Assembly: GCA_973895155.1 (NCBI GenBank)
Contig: OZ316893.1
Span: 13,098,359-13,162,358, forward strand
Direction: 5' to 3'
Length of the DNA: 64,000 bases
Source of the DNA: Marsupella aquatica
Taxonomy: Eukaryota > Plantae > Marchantiophyta
Positions within the stretch are counted from its first letter, which is position 1, and the number at the start of each line of letters is the position of its first letter. The position numbers were made by a program, and so were the translations under genes. The notes under the pieces are model-generated. The model was not told the origin of the DNA and searched no databases. It saw only the letters and a list, made by a program, of their open reading frames with translations. Positions 39,101 through 52,938 of the stretch are shown here, one piece after another.

Positions 39101-40759
39101 TTTTTTTAACTATTGGAATCAAGTTCCAAAAACAATGTTTTTTATGTCTAACTTTGGGTCGAAACTGACACTGGGATTCTGTTGTCCAGCTACCAACAAG
39201 AGTATGTCTTCGATGTCTCTAAGCTGGAACCATTAGTTGCCAAGGTATGTATACTCTGGCTCAACTTGTCAGAATACTTTCATGCTTTATAGTGAGACTT
39301 CCCGTTCACCGCCAATTTGAGCATCTGATGTCTGGACAATCTTATGGCAATCCCTTAACATGATGGGTCATCTTTGTTGGACCAATCGCCATCTATTTGG
39401 TTATGTATCTGCAGAGAGCAACCCATTTTGCGGTGTTGATTCAGTTAACGCACTTTTCTTTTCTTTTTCCTTCCTGTTAGAGGCCTCTATAGTGTCGCAC
39501 GAATTGTCCTAGATTTAACACTTTTGACGTCTTGGGATCTGCTTCTGCTGACTGCAGCCACATTCTCCAGATAATCGGGCAACAGCTCGAGAATGCAAGG
39601 ATGTGAAGATCGACAGAGTCTACATTGGATCTTGCACTGGTGGCAAAACTGAGGATTTCGTCGCCGCAGCCAAGCTTCTCCATGCTGCGGTTTGCCTTTA
39701 ACCCTGGGTGCAATGTTTGTGAGATCCTGGAGAAAAGAGAATGTGGCTTTTGAATTTGTAGGACTTTCACATCAGTTGGCTGTCCTGAAATATCAAGGAA
39801 GCCATCTCTGGACATGGATTTGGTTCCTGGTACACCAATGGCGGCTCCGTTTTTGCATGCCTCAGGCAGAAACTATTTGACATATATTCATGCATAGGCT
39901 GGTACATAATGTGTTCGATATCTGTCACCGCAATTTGCATCAAATTACAGAATTTTTTTGTGATTCTTTGGGAGATCAGCTTAGCTTACTAATGAAAGCC
40001 ATGCTTTCATGGTGCAGGGTACCAAGGTTAAAGTTCCAACTTTTCTGGTGCCTGCCACTCAAAAGGTGTGTTCATTTTCTCAAGCTACAGAGGATTATCT
40101 CAATGATTAAAGAGATACACCTTGTGTTACCTTACATCGGAAGCTAGACTCAATACTACCTGTAATTACCGATTTCTTCTATTGTCTAAGTCACGACAAA
40201 TCTGTTGGGATTTACTGGAGGCATACTCTTGTTATACTTGAGGCAATTGCGTTGATAAATTGGGTTGGGGCTTGATTTTGTTCAAAAGGTGTGGATGGAT
40301 CTATACACAATGCCAGTACCTGGAGCTGATGGCAAGACATGCGCACAACTGTTCGAGGAAGCTGGATGTGACACTCCAACTTCACCTTCTTGTGGTGCAT
40401 GCTTAGGTGGCCCACGGGATACATATGCACGCCTGAATGAACCGCAGGTGTGCAACTGTTTCTACTCAGTGATTTCTTTAGCTCATAACAATTTGCAGGG
40501 TCTAGACACTGAAGTTCATTATTTCATATATCTTGTGATGTAAACTTGTTGGGCAAGTCACAAAAAGAAGCTTGCGATTACACATTTGATGGCTATAAAA
40601 AATGTTATTTGTGCCTTACAGGTGTGTGTTTCAACCACAAATCGAAACTTTCCGGGCAGGATGGGACACAAGGAAGGTCAAATTTATCTTGCATCCCCTT
40701 ACACTGCGATGGCATCTGCACTCACTGGCTTTGTCACTGATCCGAGAGACTTTTTGTGA
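36121..40759 (+). CDS. leuC: 3-isopropylmalate dehydratase (isopropylmalate isomerase) large subunit, plastid
   Basis: [81 protein letters not shown]. Exons 36121-36303, 36539-36709, 37112-37264, 37504-37572, 37776-37892, 38041-38115, 38358-38435, 38621-38716, 38863-38912, 39190-39244, 39558-39689, 40018-40065, 40289-40447, 40622-40759. Start codon uncertain. Confidence 0.97.
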
Positions 40760-42317
40760 TCACTTTTTAGCCTGCTCTGATTAGGCTTTCACAAATTTTG
40801 GCCTGCTCTGGTTTAGCAGTCACAAGTTTTGGTAATCTGCATTACATGTATGAGTGCTCACTGTCAGCTACTTTTGGTAGACTGGACAAAGAACGAAGAG
40901 CGAAATCTGTAGTTAAAGTGAAGTTTGCACGTGTTGAAACCGATGGAAATTTGCGATATTCCACATCAAACTCGGTTCAGCGAAGGACTTGTGAATGCCT
41001 TTCTTTGCCGCAAGTCTGCTTAGGGAAACAAGAGTTGGTTGCATGAAATGACAATACCTTAACGGAAGTACAATAAAAGACTGGATGTATAGAGATTATT
41101 TTATCAGTTATGATCGGGTGGTCTGTCACAAATTCCGTAGATGTGAATCTTGTTGGCGTTTGAGGGAGCAAAATGATACATACCATTATGGTAAATTTGA
41201 CAAATTGAAGTCAATTGACCAGTATCGTTGTAACGCATTTGGTAGTTGCCGAATGGCAAATTAACGCAGACGGGTCGAGTTTACATGTTGCAAGCGCAAA
41301 TTGAAGTGTTGAGATAGAACTGTTCTGGTCAAACTCAATTGCGGGACTTCAACCCATACAGGAGAAGAAGGCTTGTTTGGTGATCACTGTTTTGTTCAAG
41401 ACCTCAGAACTTCAACCCTTACAGAATAAGAAAGCATATTTTGGTTTGAAGTGCTGGCAACACTTCCATATCATTTGTTTTGAAGTGCTAGAAACACTTC
41501 CATATCAGAAACTCCCGAAGCGTGTCTGCAATTTTTTAAGAATTCCAATCTCGACAGGGTCGGAAGAAAGAAAGTTGAAAGGAAACTTGTACATTCTCCG
41601 TCAGGGTTGAGGGTAGGATAATTAAAACGAAAACTTCTACGGCTTCCGCTGGTGGCGGTAGGTGTGCAGGTTACCATGTCACACCACCAAATATTTAACA
41701 ACATTTCTGAACGGTTTGGAGCAAGGAATGTTGAAGACACTCAGTTTCCAAACAAAGTCTCACGGATACAAGACTCCAAGTCAGATCTTTGAACCCACGA
41801 AGTACACCTCGAAAATTCATATAAACCCTAGGGCTCCATCCATTCAAAACCACAATCCATTCAAAAACACAACACTGGTTGACCGTAACAAAAAATTGAC
41901 CCGCCCAAAATATGGAGAGCTATGACACTTACAGCCAAGAATATCAATCTCAGCTTTATAATACAAGCACCATTCAGCTTTTCTGCAGGCGTAACTTCTG
42001 TGCCACATGCAGAGAACATTTGATAAAACTGTCACACCAGTGTGAAGCGACCCAGACCCCTTCCCATGGGTTGAGCCTCTCTGCCCTGTACAAGACAGAA
42101 AAAGTTTGAGAAGATTGGTCAGTATGTAACTGATGAGCCAATACTTGAAACGTAGAGACACTTCAATATCCCAAACCATGCAGGAGAGAACCTTGACAAG
42201 TCTTTCAAATACCATCTTGGTGCACCAATTTCAACAGCGCTACAATTTTTGTTCCAGGACAGCATTATTAACTTCGATTTGTGATTGCACCACAGTATCA
42301 TGTGGGTATTTATACCT

Positions 42318-45300
42318 TCACGGAATGTACCAATAGACTGGCCAAGGAACCAGGTGTTCAGGAAACTGTACCTTAATTGGGAAGTCCAAAGAGAGCCGCC
42401 GATTTCGAACAGGTTTCTGTGGACTTTGGGGAATTGCTCCTGGGTTGCTCCCGCCGCTTACAAAATTGGCTGCTGGTTTCCTGCTTTGGTTTGTAGGTGT
42501 AACAGTTGGGGTCTGTGCGGAACTCTTCTTTCTAGCCTGGGTAGTTGCAGACCTTGAATTTGATGAATCGGCTGCAATACCTCCTAAGACTTTGACATCT
42601 TTCCCATGAGAGTTCAAAGTTCGCCCTGTTGGGATATCTACATTCTGTGGCTTCTTCTTTGTACTAACAGGAGGAGGTTTCTGGGGTCCAGTACAAGTTG
42701 CTGGTCGCCTGCATTGAGATGCTGCAGTGCCATTATTTTGAGGTTTCGCTGAAGTTATTGGATCTGTTGAACCTTTGGTGGCTACACTATTACCTGCTGC
42801 TAGTTTCCGTACACCTGACAAACTTTCTCTTTTAGAGGTAACAGTTTTCAAGTGATCACTTGTCAAGGGCCTCTCATTTCCGATGCCATCCAAGGACAGC
42901 CGCCTGTTCCTCGAGTTTGGGAGTTTATCTGAGAAGTCACCCAAAGCTTTCACCCCACTTAAATTATTGAACGAGGTTTGTCTTACCAATCCGTCACGTC
43001 TCCCGGGTATAACCCTGGTTGGTTTGGAAACTTTAGTTTGACTCGTCACAGGTTCGGCTCTTGATGGGTCGGTAAGACTGTCTAATGCTTCCACCCCTAA
43101 TCTACCCGATAAATGGCGTTCATTTGTCAAGGCATTTAGTCTTTGGGATGGCTCTGGACAATCAACTCTGCCTTGAGTGACCAATTCAGGCGCCTCAAGT
43201 GTCACCACACCATCCCCTGCCAATGACTGCATTAAATCTGGTAAGCTCTCACATCCACCATCCCCTGCCAATGACTGCAACAAATCTGGTAAGCTCTCAC
43301 ATCCTGTGAGGAACGAATGACTAACAAAAAGGACTTATAATGGAGACAGGAGTAAGTGCAAGATCAATTGATCAGCCAGTCCAGTTCAGAAGACAATGAA
43401 GGTGCTACGAAATAAAGGACTTACAGTTCGTAGATCATCAGAAACGACCATCGCTTGCGCTTGATCCAAATCAGTGATTGTCGCCCGCACACTAGTGACT
43501 GACTCATTAGAGTGGACACTGGCTGCTGATCGCACTGTCTTCAATGAATCAATTTTGTGTGCAACAACATCGGCCTGAGGTGCATATGAGATGTCGATAG
43601 GTGCCCTTACCCGGAGAACCGAATCCCCTGACCGGCTGCTCCCCACTGATCTTGCTGAATCTACAGAATTTTCTCTTCTTGGTGCAGCAGATTCTGTTTC
43701 ACTTTGATCCAGGGCATCAACTGGTGCTCTGATACGAATTGATGAGTCGTCTGAACGACTACTGCCAACTGATCTTACGGACTCTGTGGACTTCTCTCGC
43801 CTTGGAGTCGCAACTGTGGGAGGAGTAGCTACAGATTTACTCTTCAGAATGCCTGGGGCACTGATGAGACTGGAGACATCAGATCTGTCGTTTAAATTCT
43901 GGAATTCACCTGGGTCTACCTTAGGAGACAGTATGTAGGCGGTTTTGAAGTGCTTCATGTTGACTCTGGGAGTGGAAGGAAGACTCTGAGGAGCAGGCGT
44001 GGTTTCTGTAGGGGATTTGGGAATGACCTTACCCAACATTGCCACTCTTGGCAGTTTCGCTTTTAAAGCTTGATTTGCTGGAAAATTCACATCTGCCAGC
44101 ATTTCGTCATTGTCTGTTGATGACAATGCATGCAAAAGTATCAGCTTTAATAGCAAACAACCACTTGACTTATAAAAAAATGTCCAGCGCATGCCTACTG
44201 TGGATTCCATTAAACTTGTTCTAGTTTTGGATCGGGTGATTACACGTTACTCATCCAAAAAACACTGATTTCCCTTCTGTGAGTAATGGCAACTAAGAAA
44301 CATACCTCGACTCGATAGAATGGCCCGAGGTGCTAAGATTGGTGCAACTCTAGAGCGAACGGCAGGAGCAATGGGCTTCTCACTTGACAACCCTGAAGGC
44401 GGACGTGCAGGATAAGAACTTATCAATAATTTTTCACAAGACATTATTGTTACAGCAAGAAAGTCTAGCTTGCATATCATCTCTAGTTTATTAGATACAG
44501 GAAACCATCACTAGCTCAATTGTTTACAGCAATTGAGAAATCTAATGAGAGACTAAACTAGAACAACTTTGTCGTTAAATTGACCCTCGGAACAAAACCC
44601 ACGCAAAGTTAATAATTGGATCTTTTCGCAATGACGAAACAGAAGGTGCAGCCATGGTCAGACTCAAAATTCAATATCCGATCCTAGTGTACTCACCAGA
44701 TTGGTGCCTGTTTCCTGGGGAGTCTGCAACTGGCTTAGATTCCACTGTTTGCCCATCCAACACTAATTTGTCGCCAGGGACCACAAAAGTTGGGTAAGAG
44801 CTTTCCAGTCCCATGGGAATCGACGCTAGTCCTGAAGGAAAGAGCAAACAAACCAACCAGCTTGTATATTATTAGGGAGAAAGCTACCCAGAAAAACAGA
44901 CATTTACATGCCCAGTATCTAAGCCAATGACATCACTACTCTTGAAGTTCATTAATCTCGATAGTGAATGACCGTTTCGTTGCAGTCTACATGCTACACA
45001 GGTATAAGTAAAAGTACATAAAACCTGAGATACACCCAAATGTTTTCTTGTCTTGAGAAGCTCTGACTCGAAGCATGGGAGCAGGTGCTGGTGCATGGCG
45101 AAGATGTGCCTGCAACGTTGGATGCAAAAGCATGTCCCTGGCGGATATTCTGGTGGCCTGCATTTAATGAGCACATAGTAAATTGTTGCGTTTTTTTTTT
45201 GAGAAGTGATGCAATATCTTTTCCAATTGAGATTGTCCGAAGTGCTCCATTAGTGAAGAGGAATTAAAGTACCTGGTCCGGATTCAAAAGTAGTTTAAGT

Positions 45301-48003
45301 ACATTGCTCAGACCGGTGCTGAACGCAGTTGAGATCGGTTGATAAGTCCCCCTGATGACCTACAAAGCTCATCAAAGGTTCAGGGTAATTTTTTCGGAGA
45401 AATGTTTATAATATGCAAGCAAATTTTCTCTTTGATTTGTTATTGGACAGTCATGTTCGACTTGTCTCGTCTCAAATTGACTCCAAACCTATGGTTGAAA
45501 TTCTAGTGACGAACGTACTGACAACAAACCATATTAAGCTGCTCAACGCTACCAAGCTCCAGTTGGCACCTTGAAACCTACCGATTTCTTGACGGTACCA
45601 AAAGGTCACATTGAAGCTCACTCTACAACGAACTTATGGTTAGTTGACCCTCGGGCGGGTGAAGTAAAGCTTTACTATTTCGTAAAGGTTTCCAGCAAAG
45701 ACCCATACCAGACGGATCTACAACGTAAAGATGCCCGAACGGACATCTCTGCGAAACGTAAATGGAAAGGGTTCTCCACACAACAATCGTCTACACTGAG
45801 AACAGTCGTAGCTTACCTTGGCTCGCATATCAGGTAGTGAGCACCCACCAAAAGGAACGACCAAAGTAATCATCTCATAGAGCACACAGCCCACTGCCCA
45901 CACATCGCTCTTAAAGGTGTAGGCCTTGTTCTGCCATACCTGACAATCAAGAAGGCGTTGACAATAGCTGTGAGTAAACATTCAAGCGCCTGCATCAACA
46001 AAAATTTGATACGTTCGGTTTTTACTTCCTATTAGTCTCCACAGTATACTATCCAGGCACTAGATATAAATGCCCCTCCAAAAATTCTCTCAGGAATTCA
46101 TACTGCAGAGAGCAAATCTCTCGGATGAAACCATAAGATAGACCTCTTCCAGAACCCCGCCATACACAGACCACCTACCAAGTGACCATGGGATATGAAA
46201 CAATTGTGGCCATCGTTCCAGTATTGCAGTTCTGAGTAGCCAAATGCACTATATTATCTACCTCAAGCAGGAAAAACGTCTAACCTCAGGAGGTACAAAT
46301 TGAGGGTTTCCAATATCAGTAACTGCAGGACCTTCGTTCCGCACCTTTCCCACCTGCCACCAAAGTGCATCAGGTCTTGAGTTCGAGCATCAAAATAGAT
46401 GGTCCATTCTGAAGGCTTTTAAAACCAAGGCTGCAGGGGATAAGATAATTGATCTTGAAGCTTTGGAACATACCCGTATGTCCCCAATCTTTACGGCATG
46501 ACTATCAAGTTGTATAATATTTCCTGATCTCACGTCTCTGTTAGAGGGGATAAAGAAACAAGCATTTTCCAAAAAGCGTCAGCATTCCAAGCGTACGTTT
46601 GAAGGTGATGAGATTGCAGACACCAGCAAGCCTCGGACCGTATTAATGCTATCTTCAATCACCTAAACTGTGGAATATGTGGCAAAACTATAGAGTCAGT
46701 ACCTGTGAATGAGACCTCTCGAATGAACAGCCACAAGTCCTCTGAGCATCTGTACAATGATGACATGTCAACCGCAGGATTCCAGTCTACTGGAAAAATA
46801 CGACCGACACAAAGATTTCATACATTATTCTTTACAACCCACAGGATGCGAAGGCAAATGCCTAGCTCTAATTGGCACTACTTCCTTCGTCTTGAGATTG
46901 ACACAAGCCCCCGCACGAGAAGACAGCTTGCCGATTTGACCACTGCAGACGTCATGAAGGTAATGACTACTTAGCTCTCTCGACTCCAAAATTTAGGTTT
47001 TGTTTCGTTCGTGAAATCCATCTTTGAGTTGACATGTGTACCTGAATTAAGTAAGACCATACTTGAGCCTCACTGAAGAACTTCTGGTGCTCAGCTCGAG
47101 TCCTGCATTTTCATATTACAAGTTTGGTTCTTAATTGTAGTTCTGAGCTACTTTCAAAGCATGGGCTAACATGGAACAAAAGACTTGTGAGAGAAAAGCT
47201 TGTTCCTAGTTCACGAGTTTGCAAAGTAGCAGGGTAGGAAACCAACTTGATGTGCCGGCCAAGGTCTGGCTCGTCACAATACTCCATGACGACAAACAGC
47301 TTGTTTTCGCCACGGAATGCATCGTAGTAGCTTATCTGCTCGCACAAAGTTATTCCATGACAATGTTTTAGAAACACTTTGAAGAACTATTCCAATCAAT
47401 TTCGAGCGTTGTCTCCCTCTTGGCAACACTCGGTTGGACTGTAAGAAGACAGTGCAAGCCGGCATTCATTTTGTAATGCGCTGGTTCAAGACCAAGATAT
47501 TCGAAAGATGAGATAGTTCAAAGGCAGGCTTGCCAAACCAAATTAAACTTGCAAGCCGTGTTGCATTTCGGATTCAAATGCACTTTATAGTCAAGCCAGC
47601 CCTTCAGGCAATTGCAAGAAGACAAGGTCAGCTCACCACATTCTCATTACGCACTGTTGTAAGAACTCGAATTTCCTCCAACGCATCCTCTCTTTCCTCC
47701 TATGCCCACACATTAGGATCCAACAACCAATGCTGCTCAATTAGACCAATCTTTTGAATCATTCTGCAACCACTGCATGCCTCTGAGGCTGAAGTAGTAT
47801 TTTCAATTTCAGAAAAGAGCTCCAATCCTCGTCAGAAGTCCAGGAGTACTGTGCATACATACCTCTGACATGTGACGGACATCGAGCTCCTTGATGGCAC
47901 AAAGCACGCCATCTGAGACTCTACGGGCTTTGTACACATTTCCGAGAGGCCTCTTGCGAAGGAGTTTATCCACAACGTAATCCTTATTGTCAAACCCTTC
48001 CAT
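42318..48003 (-). CDS. NIMA-related (NEK-like) Ser/Thr kinase with atypical motifs and a long disordered tail; 3' end uncertain
   Basis: Kinase exons 48003-47863, 47699-47637, 47335-47247, 47102-47042, 46749-46703, 46537-46474, 46353-46285, 45939-45817, 45359-45273, 45157-. Motifs CAIKE, EEREDALEEIRVL, ISYYDAF, VVMEYC, FSEAQVW, IHRD, KIGD, PPEVWQNKAYTFKSDVWAVGC. Confidence 0.88.
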
Positions 48004-48849
48004 TTCGCTGAATTAGACGATATTCCGGATCCGGACTAAAGAAGAATATCTTCATTCCACTGCCCCTTTGGGATAAAGATCCCAGATCAGATCATGACGA
48101 CTCCGATTGCCACCCATCTTGGAGTTCAGTGATCTCGCGTCTCAGGTGCACTTCCCAGAGCAACAGATCCAATTCCAGAATTCTACCTCGACGATATCGA
48201 TCGCCTCAATGCCGCCAAGGATCCTTCCCGGGAGCAGTAAGGCGAGCTAAAACGAGGAAAGGAAACGTAATTCTATGGAAGAAAGTGAGAAAGTGGTCAA
48301 TGTCAACCATTTCACTCCGGACACATCAGACAACCATTTAGAAACAGAATTCCATTGCCAGCAGCAAATCCATCCAGACTGGGCTACCAGAAAAGACCAT
48401 CGCAAACGTAGGCATCAGCATTCCGTCTGTCCTAGAATTGCTCGCACGCTCAAAGAAAAAGAAAGGTGGCGGAAGGTGGGTGCAACGTCGTCGAGTGGAG
48501 AGCCCACCAAGACGAGACTCGCTCACAGCCCCACCGATCAACAACAATAATTATCGGCAGCAGCACCGCAGCATCAGGAGTCGAATAATTGACCCGTGTT
48601 TTCTGTGAATGGCACAGATAATGGCACAGAGCGAGAGAGAGGGAGTTCCGGGGAAAATAGTAATTTAGAAAGCAATGTTGGAGCCGCAACAGGAGGAACG
48701 GAAACAAAAAATTAAAAAATCAAGGACAGGGACAAGGACAGGGACGAGATCTCGTGCAGCCGTAGTAAGTTGGGCTTGATCTGATCACAGATTGTTGTTT
48801 TCTTTCCTGTTGCGTTTCCGCCGAGCACAAAGGAACGATTGCCTTCTAC

Positions 48850-49290
48850 GAATCTTTCTTTCTTTCTTTCTCACTCACTCACTCGCTCTCTTGTTCTCAA
48901 ATTTCTTCTCCTACTCCTCTTCTTGAGCCTCTCGAACGTCAAGCACTTCCTCTTCCTCCTCCCCCTCCTGTTCGCCTTCTGCAACTTTTCATCCACCGAC
49001 AATTTTTTCCTCCTGTACCTCGTCTTCAGCTTCTCGAACGCCAATTCCTTTCTCTTTCTCTATTCTTCGTCAGCTTTTCCAACGTCAATTTTTTTCTCCT
49101 GCTGCGCCTCCTCTTCTTTCTTTCGTCTTCTTCTTCTTCAGCTTCTGGAACGTCAATTTGTGTCTCTTTCTCTTCCTTTTCCTCTTCTGTTCCTCTTCTT
49201 CTTTCTTCTGCAGCTTCTCGAACGTCAATTTCTTTCCTTTTCTCCTCCTGTTCCACTTCTTCAGCTGTTCCAAAGTCAATTTCTCTCACT
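48850..49290. repeat. CT-rich low-complexity degenerate repeat
   Basis: Recurrent CAGCTTCTCGAACGTCAATTT motif within pyrimidine tracts. Confidence 0.75.
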
Positions 49291-49325
49291 GCAGGAGGAG
49301 GGTTGAGGGTTGGGGGTTGGGGGTT

Positions 49326-49958
49326 GAGGGTTGAGGGTACTCTACTACTCGAGCTTGCATTGGTGGTGGTGGTGGTGGTGGTGGTGGTGGTGGTTCCATA
49401 CCAAACCCCCTGATGATGATTGATTGTCTTGAGGGGGAGCTGGCATGTGAATCCCATGGTAACTCTAATCTTTTCTTTTTAATGGAATTGTTTAATGGAG
49501 GGTTGAGGGTACTCTAATACTCGAGCTTGTGGCGGTGGTGGTGGTGGTTCCACGCCAAACCCCTTGAGGATGATCGATTGTCTTGAGGGCGAGCCGGCAT
49601 GTGAAAATCATGGTAATTCTAATCTTTTCTTTTTTAAATGGAAGTGTTTAATGGAGGGTTGAGGACCGTACTCTACCACTCGAGCTTGCATTGGTGGTGA
49701 GGGTTCCATACCAAACCCCCTGATAATGATTGATTGTCTTGAGGGGGAGCTGGCATGTGAATCCCATGGTAACTCTAATCTTTTCATTGTTAACTGAATT
49801 GTTTAATGGAGGGTTGAGGGTACTCTACTACTCGAGCTTGAGTCGGTGGTGGTGGTTCCATACCAAACCCTCTGATGATGATCGACTGTCTTGAGGGCAA
49901 GCCGGCATGTGAATCCATGGTCACTTTTTTTCTTTCTTTTTAATGGAATTGTTCAATT
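49326..49958. repeat. ~155-bp satellite-like tandem array x4
   Basis: Units start GAGGGTTGAGG at ~49326, 49498, 49654 and 49809, each with a variable (GGT)n tract. Confidence 0.92.
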
Positions 49959-50121
49959 ACTCCATTGATATGCAAAGCACAGACCAACCCTCCCCCACAT
50001 CTTGACCCAATCCCAGGCCACTTGAACCTGGGGGGGGTTAATTTACTATTAATGGTCTTTCAGAATACCACTTGCGATCCTAATCTAATTAAGATACCCT
50101 ATTTTGTAAAAACATATTCTA

Positions 50122-50530
50122 CTAGCTCAATACAAGATGTTGTTATGTGAAAAATGTCTGGAAGTAAAGAGATGTTGTTAAGAAAAACAAAGTTGTGACA
50201 CCCAAGATGCCGTTATGTGAAACATCTCGTGAAGTGAAAAGATGTCATTAAGAAAAAAAGAAAAAAAGATTTTGCCAAAGATGTTGTTATGTGAAAGATG
50301 TTGTCAAGTAAAAAAAATGTAGTTAAAAACGAAGAAGTTGCTTCGTCAAAGATGTCATTAGGTGAAAGATGTCATAACGTAAAAAGATGACATCAAATAA
50401 ATAGAAGTAGTTTTGTCAAAGATGTGGTTATGTGAAAGATGTCATAAATGACATTGTCAAGTACAAAGATGTCGTTAACAAAAAGAAGTTGTTTCGCCAA
50501 AGATGTAGTTTGTGACAGATATCAGCAAGT
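50122..50530 (-). mobile_element. Degenerate non-autonomous Helitron, 3' portion
   Basis: ACTAGCTCAATAC (50121-50133) is the exact reverse complement of the 3' end GTATTGAGCTAGT at 57447-57459. The adjacent AAAGATGT(T/C)GTT repeats are the reverse complement of that element's internal repeats. Confidence 0.65.
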
Positions 50531-52938
50531 AAAATGTAGTGCCCTTATTGACTAATGTAGTATCTGCAATTTAACTCCTCCAAGTATTATACTAAACTGT
50601 GCAATATTATTGTATTGAGTATGTACACTATTGAATATGTAGAGTATTTCCTTTGATCATGGAGAGAAGATACTCATTGATCTGGTGAATTGTGTTAGAA
50701 TAGTGACAGTTGTTTGTATCCTGGTGGTTTGTGTTACTATAGTAACTTTTTTTGTTTATTTCTGTAACAATGGTGTGACTCTTTCACACTAAACTAAATT
50801 CACTTTTTGGTTTATTCCTTCTTTCTCACAGGATTTCTCATTTGTTGGGCCCCTGCGAATTTGAATGAGGATCACTTCAAAAAATGGTGCAACCCTTTAT
50901 TATAGGAGTTAATACCTATTCATATATTTAACATTAAAAGACATTTTATTTTTTGAAATGAATGAAAAAAAGACATGGACTGTGACACCTTTTATACCCC
51001 TGAGCCAGAGCCATGGCCTAGCAGCTTCACTCTAGACAATAAGATGCCCTGAAGAGTAGTTCTTGGCTATAGTATAATTAGATTTGGGGCCCTGAAGAGT
51101 AGCTCTTGGCTATAGTATAATTAGATTTGCAAGGGTCTCTAGCCGGACCCATAACAAGGCATCACTTTCGTATGAGATTAGGGCACAGCCCAAGCTGTCC
51201 CATGCAGCACCAGTGGAATGGGATCCAGAGGGAGCTTGTCCAGGGCAAGGCAATAGAGGGATGACACTAAGATGGATTGGAGTCTTTGCACAAAAGAAAA
51301 GAGAATCACAACAAAACTTTGCTGCTGAGGAAGTAGAGGGGTGACACATATGGAAACAATCAATCGCACGAGGTGGCAACCTAATAGAGGTTAGAAAGCT
51401 AAATTAAGTCATTATGTCCAATTTGCAACATGATGAGTTTCTTTCCAATCTAACAGATCATGGTTCTTAGTAGTCCAAGTCTAGACTTCCTGTGCAGTGC
51501 GTTCCATGATGTGAAACTAAGGCTCAGGATGAGAAAAACCCTCCAAGCTGTTCCACAGAGGTCAAATCATACATGTAACCGGACACAAATAATTGGCCTA
51601 CATCTGTAGCTCACAGAATTGATTGGCCTAAACACAGCAATATTTACCACTAATTTTATTTGAGCTTTGATAGCGTACACACAAGATTGCTTATGTCATA
51701 GGAAAATATTGTACTAGAACCCTTAATCCTTTTGATGATCTAGTGTCAAGCGAATTCCCCCCTAAACAGCACGTGGTGCGCTGGCCTGCCCTTTCAGTCC
51801 CACCAGAAAACTAGGGGGGCGTCTTGAGAATCCATCCTTTACTTCCTTTTAAAAGAGAACTCATCTTTATGTTGAAGAAAGCATTTTGGACCCCTCTCCT
51901 TGCAGCTGGAAATCACGTGTCACACTACCTAGTCCCTTTAGACTAGGCAATGGAAGGAAAAGTACCCAAAGCGAGGTTTTATCTGTAAATTCATTTTGTG
52001 TTTAGCATCACCATGTGTCATGAAACCCATCAATCTCATGGTGACTTATTGTTAATTGGCTTACTATGATGCTAGAACATAATTACATGGCTATGGCAGA
52101 AGCACTACAAAATCCTAACTGAACCGACAGGTTTCTTTTTGGGACAAGTGTACACTTTCATGGCAAAACCAGGAGTTAATCAATCAGAAGCTTAGGCTTG
52201 AACACTGAATCAAGGAAAGATTGGGTAGCAAAACAACGACTTCAATTATTCCAATTCTAAGCCCACTCCATGGCCAAAATACATCAGGAGTTTTACACAT
52301 GACCTCACAAATCAAGCTCTTGCATCATTGACAGTAAGAGCTCTATCTTTCACCATTTCCTCTCATGCTCATAAACTTCTCTAGCTTCGCCAAAATTGCT
52401 TTTATCAGACCTAAGCTGATGGCCCAATACTCCCACATACCTGACGAGTTCGTCCTTGTTGCAACGAAAATGATTCTCTACAACAGAATCCCAGGCTTGC
52501 ATGGACTATCCAAAACTGCAATGCACCGAATTCCATGTCATCTGTTGTGCACAGACCAAGTGCGAGGCACAACTATTACAAAGCCTTGTTCGTGGCCGCG
52601 AATGTACCTGCACATGGATGAATATTATCACTGTCATCTTGCATCCCCCCGCAGTAGAGCCCAGCCACTAAGACAACGTATTTATGTAGTCAAGCAAACC
52701 AGTCTACCTTTCCATAATCAATAACCATTTCAGCAATGTGACAGCAGGTCCAGGCAGGTATTCAGTCATTACTCGTTACTTACTTATTTTCAACGCCCTT
52801 TATGGATAGACGGCTTCAATCCAAAATAACCTTTATAAAAAGTTCTTGCCATTTGCTGTGAATTATAAATGTGTTTGAAAGGCATCACTTTCAATTGATG
52901 AAGATAACTCAGCCCATCCATCCATTTCACAAAAGTCA

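Noticed and set aside
48839-49457. Hydrophobic (+) and Lys/Glu-rich (-) ORFs
   Set aside because: Artefacts of CT-rich low-complexity sequence.
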